Source: Candidatus Hydrogenedentota bacterium
GTDB lineage: Bacteria; Hydrogenedentota; Hydrogenedentia; Hydrogenedentales; SLHB01
Assembly: GCA_045863295.1 (NCBI GenBank)
Contig: BTWA01000001.1
Span: forward strand, 32,001 to 96,000
Direction of reading: 5' to 3'
Length of the DNA stretch: 64,000 bases
In this document: piece after piece, positions 8,281 through 17,850 of the stretch
Layout: each line of letters opens with the position of its first letter
How positions within the stretch are numbered: position 1 is the stretch's first letter
Position numbers and translations under genes: made by a program
The notes under the pieces: generated by a model
What the model saw: only the letters and a program-made list of their open reading frames with translations
Told to the model about the DNA's origin: nothing
Databases searched by the model: none

Positions 8281-9708
8281 ATGCGTACCATGCCACTTCT
8301 GTTGGCGATTTGTCTGGTAAAGGCCATGAGTGCCTACGCCGAAGCCCCCTCCGGAGACGAGGCGCGCCAAGCCCTGAAACGCGCCGCCGTTTTCTTCAAT
8401 GAGACCGTGACCGTGGAAGGCGGCTACCTTTGGCGCTACAGCGCGGACCTGGCGCAGCGCGAAGGCGAGGTTAAGGCAACCGCAACGGAATCGTGGGTGC
8501 AACCGCCGGGAACGCCCACCGTCGGCGAAGCGTATCTCGCCGCGTACGAAGCGACCGGCGATCCGTACTACCTGGAAGCGGCTCGAAAATCCGCGCGCGC
8601 ACTCGTGCACGGCCAGTTGCAGTCTGGAGGCTGGGAGTACCGGCTCGAAGCCGGCACGGAGAAACGCAAAGCGTATGCGTTTCGCGCCGACAACAACGAA
8701 AGCGGCAAGAACGTATCCACGCTGGACGACAATACGACGCAAGCAGCTCTGCAATTCCTGATGAAGTTTGACAAGGCCGTTCAATTCAAGGATCCGTCTG
8801 TTCACGAGGCCGTCGAATATGCGCTTGCCAAGTTGATGGAGGTACAGTTTCCAAACGGTGCATGGCCGCAGCGCTTCAGCGGTCCCCTCGACCCCGCAGA
8901 GCACCCGGTCATTAAGGCAAGCTATCCAGAGTCCTGGTCAAGAGACTATGTGCAACGTTCATACTACGGCCACTATACATTCAATGACGGCGGAATTAGC
9001 GATACCATCGACACGATGCTGCTGGCACACGACATCTATGATATCACCGCCTACCGGGACTCTGCCATCAAAGCCGGCGATTTCATTTTGTTGGCCCAGA
9101 TGCCCGATCCCCAACCCGGATGGGCTCAACAGTACGATGCGAACATGCATCCCGCGTGGGCACGCAAGTTCGAGCCACCCGCAATTACCGGGGGAGAGTC
9201 CCAAGGCGTCATGCGTACTTTGATCCAGCTTTCTCTCAGAACCGGCGAGAGACGCTTTCTCGAACCGATTCCGCGCGCGCTGGCCTACTACCGCGCGTCC
9301 GTTCTGCCGGATGGCCGATTGGCCCGATTCTACGAACTGCAAACCAACCGGCCCCTATTTTTCACCAAGGACTATCAGCTTACCTACAGCAGCGATGACA
9401 TGCCCACACACTATTCGTTCATCACGTCGAACAGTCTCGACAGCATTCAAGACGAGTATGAAGTAGCTGTTCGCACGTTGGATGAAAAAGAGGGATCAAA
9501 AAAATCGGTACGCGTGCCACGCGCGGTGCCCGCCGATCCAGTCGCGGTGCGCGAAGCCATCGACGGTCTCGACGCACGAGGTGCCTGGGTAACCACCGGG
9601 CGTCTCCGGAGCGAAGGCGAGGACGGCGACACGCGGCAAATCATCGATAGCAGCGTGTTCTGCACCAACATTCGAATCTTGACTGCGTACATACGTGCCA
9701 GGCAATAG
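8281..9708 (+). CDS. Secreted pectate lyase, PL10 (PelA-like)
   Basis: Signal peptide, STLDDNTTQAAL, QFPNGAWPQRF, YTFNDGGISD, QPGWAQQYDANMHPAWARKFEPPAITGGES. Confidence 0.8.
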   Translation: MRTMPLLLAICLVKAMSAYAEAPSGDEARQALKRAAVFFNETVTVEGGYLWRYSADLAQREGEVKATATESWVQPPGTPTVGEAYLAAYEATGDPYYLEAARKSARALVHGQLQSGGWEYRLEAGTEKRKAYAFRADNNESGKNVSTLDDNTTQAALQFLMKFDKAVQFKDPSVHEAVEYALAKLMEVQFPNGAWPQRFSGPLDPAEHPVIKASYPESWSRDYVQRSYYGHYTFNDGGISDTIDTMLLAHDIYDITAYRDSAIKAGDFILLAQMPDPQPGWAQQYDANMHPAWARKFEPPAITGGESQGVMRTLIQLSLRTGERRFLEPIPRALAYYRASVLPDGRLARFYELQTNRPLFFTKDYQLTYSSDDMPTHYSFITSNSLDSIQDEYEVAVRTLDEKEGSKKSVRVPRAVPADPVAVREAIDGLDARGAWVTTGRLRSEGEDGDTRQIIDSSVFCTNIRILTAYIRARQ

Positions 9709-9715
9709 CGGCCAA

Positions 9716-9889
9716 CCACGGATTTCACGAACAAAACTTAATGTCTCGGGGCCAAATTCCCGGAACACTCAGACGTGGCTGCAAACCGTCGCTTGTGCGT
9801 CACGCACCCTTTGGAATTGGCGAGCGTTGCATTCCAAACGTATTTGCCAATCCTCATAGAATGGAATGTCCCATTCGTGGAATTCGTGT
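9716..9889. repeat. Intergenic element bounded by imperfect inverted repeats (CCACGAAT-type REP-like family)
   Basis: CCACGGATTTCACGAA (9716-9731) is an imperfect inverse of TTCGTGGAATTCGTGT (9874-9889). A related CCACGAATGAGCACGAAT lies at 17734-17751. Confidence 0.55.
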
Positions 9890-10007
9890 TAACTCGGGGC
9901 TGAATTGTACCGCGTAAACTTGCTATACTCCCTCCGATTTTGTCCCCCTGGGGTACTCGATTCGCACTAAATACGCGGCTTTCCACGCCGTGACAAGGGG
10001 CTTTGCC

Positions 10008-11900
10008 ATGAGTTTTCCCATTCCAGTGAACGATTATGAGCCGCTGGTACTCGACCCGTCCCAACCGGCGCTGACGCCGGACCAGTTGGCCCACCTGCAA
10101 GGAAACGTGCAGCTCGTCCGCGACGTCATCATCTTCTACACCGCGATTGCCGGCATCAAAGGGCTCGCCGGCCACACCGGCGGCGCCTACAGCATCGTAC
10201 CGGAAGTGCTGATCGCCGATGCCTTCATGCGCGGAAGCGACAAGGTCTACCCCGCATTCTTCGACGAAGCAGGCCACCGCGTCGCGATTCAGTACGCCAT
10301 GGCGGCCTTCAACGGCCACATGCCCTTTGAAAAACTCTACCACTACCGCGAATACGGCCACGGCCTCTTTGGCCACCCGGAGTTGGAACCGGAAGAAGGC
10401 ATCATGTTCAGCTCTGGACGTCTCGGCCACCTGTGGCCGTTTGTCAATGGCGTGGCGTTGGCCCACCCCGGCAAAACCGTCTTCCTGTTCGGCAGCGACG
10501 GATCTCAAATGGAAGGCGACGACGCGGAAGCGGCCCGGCTTGCCGTAGCGCAGAAGCTGAATGTGAAACTCTGCATCGACGACAACAACGTGACCATTTC
10601 CGGTCATCCCAAGGATTATCTGCCGGGATACGACATCGGCAAGACACTCGCCGGCCACGGCCTCACCGTGGACGCGCACGACGCCGAAGATCTGGCCGCG
10701 CTTTACCAACGCATGCAAAAAGCAATGGCGACCGACGGGCCCGTCGCGCTGATTAACAAGCGCGTCATGGCGCCCGGCGTGCCCGGCATCGAAAACAACC
10801 ATGCTGGCCACGACGTGATCAAGAAAGACCACGCGGTCGCCTACCTCACCGCTCGAGGCCATACAGCGGCCGTGGACTATCTGAACAACGTCAAGGTGGA
10901 GAAGACGTCACAAACCTACCTGGGATCGTCCAAGGAAACTGCAGGCAACCGCGTGGAATTCGGCACCTACGTAAACGAAATCCTCGCGAAGATGACTCCC
11001 GAAGAGCGCAAGAGCAGCGTGATCGTCATTGACTCCGACCTCGAAGGCTCCACCGGGCTCAAAGCCATTCGCACCGCGCACCCCGATGTATGCATCAACG
11101 GCGGCGTGCAGGAACGCGGCAACTTCAGCGCGGCGGCGGGCTTCGGCTTTACGCCCGGCAAACAAGGCATCTTCAGCACCTTCTCGGCTTTCCTCGAAAT
11201 GATCGTGTCCGAGGCCACCATGGCGCGGTTGAACAAAGCCACTGCCATTTGCCACTTCTCCCATGCCGGCGTGGATGAAATCGCGGACAACACCTGCCAC
11301 TTTGGCATCAACGTATTCTTCGCCGATGCAGGTCTGGAAGACGACGACACAAAACTCTACTTCCCCGGCGATGCACTACAACTGAAAGCCCTGCTGTACA
11401 AAATCTGGAACGACCGTGGGCTTCGCTACGTGTTCACGAACCGCTCGAAGATTCCGTTTATCCTCAACGAAGACGGATCGAAATTCTACGACGGCAATTA
11501 CACATTTACTCCCGGGAAAGACGAGATCATTCGCAAAGGCACGGCGGGCTACGTCGTGTCCTATGGCGAATTGCTGTACCGGGCATTGGACGCCGTCGAG
11601 CAGGCGCGCAAAGCCGGCATCGACGTCGGCCTTATCAACAAACCGACCCTGAACGTGGTGGACGAAGAGACCACGGCCATCGCGGGCAAATCCCCGTTTG
11701 TACTCGTTGTTGAAGGACAGAATCTCAAGACCGGCCTCGGCGCGCGCTACGGCACATGGCTCATCGAACGCGGTCTCACGCCCAAGTTCGCGCGCATGGG
11801 CGTTACCAAACCCGGCTGCGGCGGTATCGAAGAACAAGTCCCCTTCCAGGGACTCGCGCCGTATGACATTCTCGAAAAGATCAAAGCGATGGGCGCGTAA
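10008..11900 (+). CDS. Transketolase-like ThDP-dependent enzyme (atypical single-chain type)
   Basis: LAGHTGGAYS, LFGHPEL, FSSGRLGHLW, ThDP-binding variant FGSDGSQMEG...DDNN, IDSDLEGSTG, GGVQERGNF, STFSAFLE. Confidence 0.85.
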   Translation: MSFPIPVNDYEPLVLDPSQPALTPDQLAHLQGNVQLVRDVIIFYTAIAGIKGLAGHTGGAYSIVPEVLIADAFMRGSDKVYPAFFDEAGHRVAIQYAMAAFNGHMPFEKLYHYREYGHGLFGHPELEPEEGIMFSSGRLGHLWPFVNGVALAHPGKTVFLFGSDGSQMEGDDAEAARLAVAQKLNVKLCIDDNNVTISGHPKDYLPGYDIGKTLAGHGLTVDAHDAEDLAALYQRMQKAMATDGPVALINKRVMAPGVPGIENNHAGHDVIKKDHAVAYLTARGHTAAVDYLNNVKVEKTSQTYLGSSKETAGNRVEFGTYVNEILAKMTPEERKSSVIVIDSDLEGSTGLKAIRTAHPDVCINGGVQERGNFSAAAGFGFTPGKQGIFSTFSAFLEMIVSEATMARLNKATAICHFSHAGVDEIADNTCHFGINVFFADAGLEDDDTKLYFPGDALQLKALLYKIWNDRGLRYVFTNRSKIPFILNEDGSKFYDGNYTFTPGKDEIIRKGTAGYVVSYGELLYRALDAVEQARKAGIDVGLINKPTLNVVDEETTAIAGKSPFVLVVEGQNLKTGLGARYGTWLIERGLTPKFARMGVTKPGCGGIEEQVPFQGLAPYDILEKIKAMGA

Positions 11901-11958
11901 GTCAACGCGAGAGCCGTATAGCAAGTATACGAGTGAGACACTTTCACCGTCACGTACG

Positions 11959-11988
11959 TCCCCTCCCGACAGGGAGGGGATTTTTTTT
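11959..11988 (+). terminator. Rho-independent terminator
   Basis: TCCCCTCCC-GACA-GGGAGGGGA-TTTTTTTT: perfect 9-bp stem and T8. Confidence 0.93.
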
Positions 11989-12056
11989 GGTAAGGCCGTT
12001 TTGACGACCCCATCTCGCTGAACAGATAAATCGAAGCCGGTTGTGGCCTTGCCTCA

Positions 12057-12222
12057 CGAGCATGCCATTGCGCCCGACCGGGAGGTTTCCCTGTTCTTGC
12101 CGCTTTCGTCCGATGCAAAGAGGAGGTCGCACATTGCCCCATACTGTCCTCTTCATTGTCGCCACGGCGGGCTTCGAAACCGCAAGCGAGCTTGCTTGGG
12201 TAAGGCGGCAGCAAGCTACCGC
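12057..12222 (+). repeat. 166-bp direct repeat, left copy (REP/REPIN-like, multi-hairpin)
   Basis: Matches 17851-18016 with 7 substitutions and no indels. Contains GCAAGC-GA-GCTTGC and GCGGCAGC-AA-GCTACCGC hairpins. Confidence 0.95.
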
Positions 12223-12692
12223 GGTCCAAAAAAAGCGCAGACTTGATGTGAGGATTGCCGCGTTGGCTTGATTCCATTCTGGTTGACTTCGCATCCTTTT
12301 TTGGCCGTTCCCTACCTTTATGTCCCGCTTGTTGCAGTTTGCAGGAGGATGTACCGAGTGGATTGGCTCGGTACGTCGGATTCAAACGAGGGGTTACAAA
12401 AATGTACACCGGCAATAACGTAAGCATTGACAATGAGTTTGGGTGTTGCTCCACGGTTGCGAGTCTGATCTTATCCGATCTTTGAGGGACTCGATTTGCG
12501 TACGCTCTAACGTTGGAAACAAAAGAAGCACATCGGTTAAACCGACTTGCGGGAAGAAATCGTACGTCAAGGCATCGGACAATTGGGGCTGCAGTAAGCT
12601 GGAATACCGATGAGAGCAAATTGATTGCAGGTTTAGACCTACGACAAAATCTACGTATACTACCTGGCTAGGCAAAAGGGGCAACTCCACAG

Positions 12693-15600
12693 ATGCAGTT
12701 TCTGAAGAATGGACCAGACGTTCCTGATCGACTGCTTCAAGATCACGAAGAAGGAAGAGTCGTCTTTTTCTGTGGTGCTGGAATTTCCTACCCGGCCGGA
12801 CTGCGAGGATTTAATTGGCTTGTTGACGAAGTGTATGGCCATTTCAACATCGTGCCCAACTCAGTTCAGGAGGCCGCAAGAAAATCGGGTAGATTCGATA
12901 TGGCAATTGGCTTATTGGAGTCGGAAGTACCTGGGGGCAGGTTAGCGGTACGGGAGGCTATCAGAAATTTCCTATTGCCAAAGTCGCTTAATCGGAAAGC
13001 CACTGAGACTCACCAAGCGCTGCTCACTTTGAGCAAGAACCGCGGCGGTGAATATCGGTTGATCACTACGAATTTCGACCGACTCTTCGAGGAATCAGCT
13101 TCACGGGATGGCCTAGAATTCGAGCGATTCGCGGCTCCAATGTTACCTATACCCAAACAAAAAAGAATCAACGGCCTAGTTTACCTTCACGGTTTGTTAC
13201 CAGCGACATCAGACACAAATGCGCTACAAAGACTGGTCATTTCGAGTGGAGATTTTGGGCTTGCGTACTTAACTGAACGTTGGGCCGCCCGGTTTGTTGG
13301 CGAGATTTTTCGTAATTTCACCGTTTGTTTTGTGGGATACAGCATAAATGATCCAGTACTTCGCTATATGATGGATGCTCTGGCCGCGGACAAGCTATTA
13401 GGCGAGGCGTCGCCTGAATTTTTCGCATTCGGCGAATATAAGATAGGTCACAGAGAAAAGGCGGAAAGCGAGTGGAAAGCGAAGAATGTTACCCCAATTC
13501 TCTATAAGTTGAATAAGGCACACTCGCTACTTCACAAAACGTTAAGCGAGTGGGCGCGTACGTATCGAGACGGGGTTCAGGGCAAGGAAAGAATTGTCTC
13601 ACAATATGCGTTGGCGATGCCGACATCCAGTACGGAGCAGGACGACTTTGTGGGGAGGATGTTGTGGGCAATAAGCGACCTGAGCGGCTCTCCTGCCAAG
13701 CATTTTGCCGAGTTTAAGCCTGCCCCGCCTCTGGATTGGCTTGAGTACTTCTATTTCAAGAGATATAGGCATGCTGATTTAATTAGATTTGGAGTTCGGC
13801 CTAATAATGACGTGGATGACAAATTAACCTTTAGCGTTGCGGAAAGACCTTGTCCATATGCTCTAGCGCCGTGGATGCGATTGCTAGGATCTGGCACTTC
13901 CGGCGCAAGTTGGGACAATATCCAACAAAACTTGGCGCGATGGCTTTCAAGGCATCTGGGAGACCCTCGATTGATTCTGTGGCTCACCAAGTATGGTGGC
14001 CACATACATCAAGAACTGGCGCGCACAATTCAGGCGGAACTTTCCAGGATTCAGAGGCTTCAGCAGAACGCGAACAGCGCTTCACTCCAGCAAATCTTGG
14101 ACGCATCTCCAAACGGAGTACCTGATGACCGTTTGTACTCAATTTGGAGAATGGTCTTGGACGGCCAAACAGCAGCCAACGGCAATCAGTTTGGTCTCTA
14201 CGATTGGTTTGGAAAATTGGCGCACAGTGGTTTGACTGCCAGCCTCCGTGTAGAGCTACGGAGGCTTCTGGCGCCGCGCGTGATGTTCAGGGCCGCATTT
14301 CATGTACCTGACAACAGTAACGCAACTCAAGGGAGGCCAGAAAAGGAAGAAATTGAATGGGACCTAGTACTGGCAACGAGACATGTTCATTCCACAATCA
14401 GTGACCATGGGAACGATGCGGCTTGGCTCAAAGTTATAGGTAACATTTATCCGGATATTTTTCCGCTACTACGAGACGCACTGGACTTGATGCGTGATCT
14501 TGGGGGGGCCGACGACAAATTCGACAGATCCTATATCGACCACCCTTCAATACCGAATCACCCTCAGAACCACAATTTTCATGATTGGACGGTATTGATA
14601 GTTCTTCTCCGAGACTCTTGGTGCGCCATTGCAAAGCAAGACATTGTACGAGCACGACGTTATGCCGAGGACTGGTTTGAAATGCCTTATCCACTATTTA
14701 AGCGACTCGCATTTTTTGCAGCGAGAAGCGAGAATGTAATTGAGAAAGAACAGGCTGTCGCGTGGATACTTTCTGACAACGGTTGGTGGCTCTGGTCAAC
14801 AGCTACTCAAAGAGAGGTTATTCGCTTACTGGCTTGGATTGGCGTCAGGCTTGAGCGGTCGGAATTGAAAAATCTGGAAAATGCGATATTGGCTGGACCC
14901 CCGAGGGAAATGTTCAAAGACGACCTTTCCGTTGAGGATTGGAATAGAATAATTGATAGGATAATTTGGCTGCGGTTAGCGAAGTTGGTAGACGCAGGAA
15001 CTCAACTTGGAACTGAAGCATTAGCCAAGTATAGAGAAATATCTGAAAGAAGATCTGAGTGGAGAATAGCTGAGGATGAACGTGACGAGTTTCCCTTTTG
15101 GCTAGGTGACGGTGATGACGGGCGAAGCTACACAGCTACTCCAATTCATCGACGAGAACTTGTGGAATGGCTAAAGCTAAATCAAACCGAAGACCATTGG
15201 GATGAAGACAATTGGCAAGAAAGGTGCAGACGAGAGTTCGGCACGACATTCTGTGCTCTCTATTCACTCTCTTGCGAAAGCCTTTGGATTGTTGATCGTT
15301 GGCGGCAGGCCATTAATGCTTGGTCAGAAGAGAGTCTGGCTTACCGGCGTTGGAGATGGGTTGGCCCCGTGCTGTGGAACGCTCCAGACGATATCCTGAT
15401 TTCGCTATCACCCGGTCTTAGTAGGTGGTTGAATCTTGTCGCAAAGAAAGGTGAGGGCGCGTCGGTTCCCTTGCTGGCCTTTTTAGCCAGAATGCTGCAT
15501 TTAGATTACGAAGAGAAAGGCGTACACAAAGATTACGTTACCCACGCCTTGAACCATCCACTCGGAAGGACAGTAGACGCGGTCATCAAGATGTGGTACC

Positions 15601-16481
15601 GCCAGGGGTTGCAAGATGACCAGTCCTTGACAAGTCCGTACCGCGAATGGTTCACAGAGATATGTGATACAAGCAACATTGCTTTTCGCAATGGCCGCGT
15701 ACATTTAGCCGTTCACACAATGACGCTTTTCCGAGTCGACGAGGATTGGTGTAAGAGCCGCTTCTTGCCTTTGTTTGACTGGAACGTAAACGAATTGGAG
15801 GCTACCGCTGTTTGGCAGGGGTTTCTTTGGTCTCCACGCATTCATCACCCATTACTGGAGGCATTTAAGCAGTCGTTCTTGGCATGTTCTCATCATTACA
15901 CGGAACTCGGAGACTTTGGTAGTCAATACGCAAGATTCCTTACCTATGTTGCCCTTGATTCGGCGGATGTGTTCTCAGAAGGCGATCTGCGTCTAGCATT
16001 TCGAGCTTTGCCGCCGCACGCAATTGCCATAGTTGCCGATACATTAGCGGAATCGCTTAAGAGTGCTGGTCCGCAAAAAGAACAACATTGGTCCAATCGA
16101 GTGTCGCCGTTCTTGAAGTCGGTTTGGCCGCAGGGAAACGAATACGCTACGAAGGACATCGTGGAGAGTTTAGCCGAACTCTGTATCGTAAGTGGTAAAA
16201 GTTTCCCCGAGGCTTTTGACCAGTTAAGGCACTGGCTGAAACCAATCAAGAATCTTCATGTTATCTGCGTGCTGCTCGTCAAGTCAGAATTGTGCAGTCG
16301 CCATCCTGCGGAGGCGTTGCAATTCTTGGCAAAGATTGTGGATCTAGAGGCTGACTGGCCACCTCAAGAGCTTGAGCAATGCCTCAATGAAATCGTGTCC
16401 GCGTCGCCAGAACTTCTTGATGCGCCCTCAGTTCGGCAAATTAGAGAGTATCTTCACCGGATGCGTGGCAGGCTCGCATAG
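12693..16481 (+). CDS. dsr1: Anti-phage defence-associated sirtuin Dsr1 (SIR2-like NADase domain plus a long C-terminal DUF4020-like region)
   Basis: MQFLKNGPDVPDRLLQDHEEGRVVFFCGAGIS, LITTNFDRLFE, LVYLHGLLP, LVISSGDFGLAYLTERWAARFV, CFVGYSINDPVLRYMMDALAAD, QDDFVGRMLWA all match the Dsr1 family as recalled. 1262 aa, and visibly more AT-rich than the flanks. Confidence 0.9.
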   Translation: MQFLKNGPDVPDRLLQDHEEGRVVFFCGAGISYPAGLRGFNWLVDEVYGHFNIVPNSVQEAARKSGRFDMAIGLLESEVPGGRLAVREAIRNFLLPKSLNRKATETHQALLTLSKNRGGEYRLITTNFDRLFEESASRDGLEFERFAAPMLPIPKQKRINGLVYLHGLLPATSDTNALQRLVISSGDFGLAYLTERWAARFVGEIFRNFTVCFVGYSINDPVLRYMMDALAADKLLGEASPEFFAFGEYKIGHREKAESEWKAKNVTPILYKLNKAHSLLHKTLSEWARTYRDGVQGKERIVSQYALAMPTSSTEQDDFVGRMLWAISDLSGSPAKHFAEFKPAPPLDWLEYFYFKRYRHADLIRFGVRPNNDVDDKLTFSVAERPCPYALAPWMRLLGSGTSGASWDNIQQNLARWLSRHLGDPRLILWLTKYGGHIHQELARTIQAELSRIQRLQQNANSASLQQILDASPNGVPDDRLYSIWRMVLDGQTAANGNQFGLYDWFGKLAHSGLTASLRVELRRLLAPRVMFRAAFHVPDNSNATQGRPEKEEIEWDLVLATRHVHSTISDHGNDAAWLKVIGNIYPDIFPLLRDALDLMRDLGGADDKFDRSYIDHPSIPNHPQNHNFHDWTVLIVLLRDSWCAIAKQDIVRARRYAEDWFEMPYPLFKRLAFFAARSENVIEKEQAVAWILSDNGWWLWSTATQREVIRLLAWIGVRLERSELKNLENAILAGPPREMFKDDLSVEDWNRIIDRIIWLRLAKLVDAGTQLGTEALAKYREISERRSEWRIAEDERDEFPFWLGDGDDGRSYTATPIHRRELVEWLKLNQTEDHWDEDNWQERCRREFGTTFCALYSLSCESLWIVDRWRQAINAWSEESLAYRRWRWVGPVLWNAPDDILISLSPGLSRWLNLVAKKGEGASVPLLAFLARMLHLDYEEKGVHKDYVTHALNHPLGRTVDAVIKMWYRQGLQDDQSLTSPYREWFTEICDTSNIAFRNGRVHLAVHTMTLFRVDEDWCKSRFLPLFDWNVNELEATAVWQGFLWSPRIHHPLLEAFKQSFLACSHHYTELGDFGSQYARFLTYVALDSADVFSEGDLRLAFRALPPHAIAIVADTLAESLKSAGPQKEQHWSNRVSPFLKSVWPQGNEYATKDIVESLAELCIVSGKSFPEAFDQLRHWLKPIKNLHVICVLLVKSELCSRHPAEALQFLAKIVDLEADWPPQELEQCLNEIVSASPELLDAPSVRQIREYLHRMRGRLA

Positions 16482-16559
16482 AGACTGACAGCGCACTATC
16501 CGCTAGCTGTTTTCACCTTTCCCATTGTGCAATTCCCGCCTATCACTTGCCTTTCGTCC

Positions 16560-16602
16560 AAAGCGGTGTCGCCGCTTGTCAGCTTTGCCACCGCACTCCA
16601 TA
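16560..16602 (+). repeat. REP-like palindromic unit
   Basis: AAAGCGGTGTCGCCGCTTGTCAGCTTTGCCACCGCACTCCATA, with GCGGTG/CACCGC arms. Same AAAGCGG...CCGCACTCCA layout as the 3' end of the 166-bp repeats. Confidence 0.65.
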
Positions 16603-16732
16603 CCAGTGGCTGGCTTCCGTGGTGGTTGGTTTCGCTTGGGTGCCGCTATTGGGCTGATGTGGGAGGAGTGGTGTGTCGCCTCATGTGCCTTCAGTGCAAC
16701 ACGCCGGGCTTGTTAATAGGAGGATAATTCCT

Positions 16733-17743
16733 ATGCCTAGCAAGCCGGAGTCGGCGTTTGATGTTTTGAAGGGGGCTTATTTGGCGGTGGAGCCGCATGT
16801 GAAGGCGCATTTGGATGCGGTGTGTGAGGCGCGGGGGAAGGAGTCTGTGCGGGTGACGCCGTTGGGTTCGCCTTGTTCGCGGGCATGGGATGACGAGTGG
16901 GTTGCGGTGGTGGAGGCGAAGGAGGCGGAACTGGCGCGGCGGATCTGCGGGGCGCGGTCGGTGTCGGGTGGGCCGTGCGAGTTGTCGCCTGACCATGCGA
17001 ATGGGCGTTGCCGGTTTCATGGCGGGTTTGATTTGTCGGGGGGGCAGCGGGGGAACCGGAATGCGGTGGTGCATGGGTTGTATGCGCGGCGGTTGATGGT
17101 ATGCGGGCCGCAGTGCGGGATGTGGGGGTCGTGTCCGGTGGCGTGTCCGGAAATCGAGGCAATGGCTCCGAAGGATCGGCCGGTGTGTCCGTTTGAGTTG
17201 GCGGAGTATAACGCGGCGTTGACGGATGGGTTGGCGGTTGCGGATGGCCGGGATATGACGAGTCCGTTGCATCAGCAGACGGCGCATGCGCTGGCGTTGC
17301 TGCAGGTGATGATGTCGCGGGCGATGGCTACGATGTCGCGGAACGGGTTGTCGCCTTTTTCGGGTGAACAGGGGGAGCAGGCAAACAACGCGATGCGTGC
17401 GTTGATGCGGATTTTTTGGGAGTACCGTCAGTTGCGGGGTTTGTTTCCGCCGTTGGGGGAGGACGAGGCGCCTAGCGAGACGAGCGCGGTGCAGCAGGCG
17501 ATGCGGATGGCGGTGGATACGGATTTGACGCCGGAAGGGCAGGGGGATTTGCAGTTTCCGGCGAATCCGCGCGCGGTGTTGCGGACGGGATTTATCAACC
17601 TGGATCCTGGGGCGGCGCTTCGCGGGCCGCGGCCGGATATGCAGGCAGTGATGCCGCGCTGGTCAAAGCAGCGGAAGGTGGAGGCTGAGAACGTGGACGA
17701 GGACGAGGCCGAGCGCGAGGAAGAGGAATTTGACCACGAATGA
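16733..17743 (+). CDS. HGGxSTG-like (phage small-terminase-associated) Cys/His-rich domain protein
   Basis: ICGARSVSGGPCELSPDHANGRCRFHGGFDLSGGQRGNRNAVVHGLYA followed by CGPQCGMWGSCPVAC...PVCPFE and an acidic tail. RBS AGGAGG before ATG 16733. Confidence 0.65.
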   Translation: MPSKPESAFDVLKGAYLAVEPHVKAHLDAVCEARGKESVRVTPLGSPCSRAWDDEWVAVVEAKEAELARRICGARSVSGGPCELSPDHANGRCRFHGGFDLSGGQRGNRNAVVHGLYARRLMVCGPQCGMWGSCPVACPEIEAMAPKDRPVCPFELAEYNAALTDGLAVADGRDMTSPLHQQTAHALALLQVMMSRAMATMSRNGLSPFSGEQGEQANNAMRALMRIFWEYRQLRGLFPPLGEDEAPSETSAVQQAMRMAVDTDLTPEGQGDLQFPANPRAVLRTGFINLDPGAALRGPRPDMQAVMPRWSKQRKVEAENVDEDEAEREEEEFDHE

Positions 17744-17758
17744 GCACGAATGGTCCAA

Positions 17759-17823
17759 CCCGGATATTTCACGACGTTGTCCCATTTATTGTGTACCAAC
17801 AGATCCATAGAACTATTGTCGAA
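17759..17823 (+). mobile_element. Left-end fragment of the MITE/IS-like element at 52225-52429
   Basis: CCCGGATATTTCACGA is identical to 52228-52243, and ungapped similarity continues (TTGTCC..ATT..TGTGTA.CAACA) for about 50 more nt. Confidence 0.6.
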
Positions 17824-17850
17824 TGCGATGTGTTGGTTGTTGCGGGGCCG

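Noticed and set aside
11747..12690. ORFs across the left repeat and the AT-rich spacer (11747..12619, 12043..12246, 12255..12485)
   Set aside because: No recognisable domains or RBS, and they cross a terminator and the repeat. A decayed gene fragment cannot be excluded.
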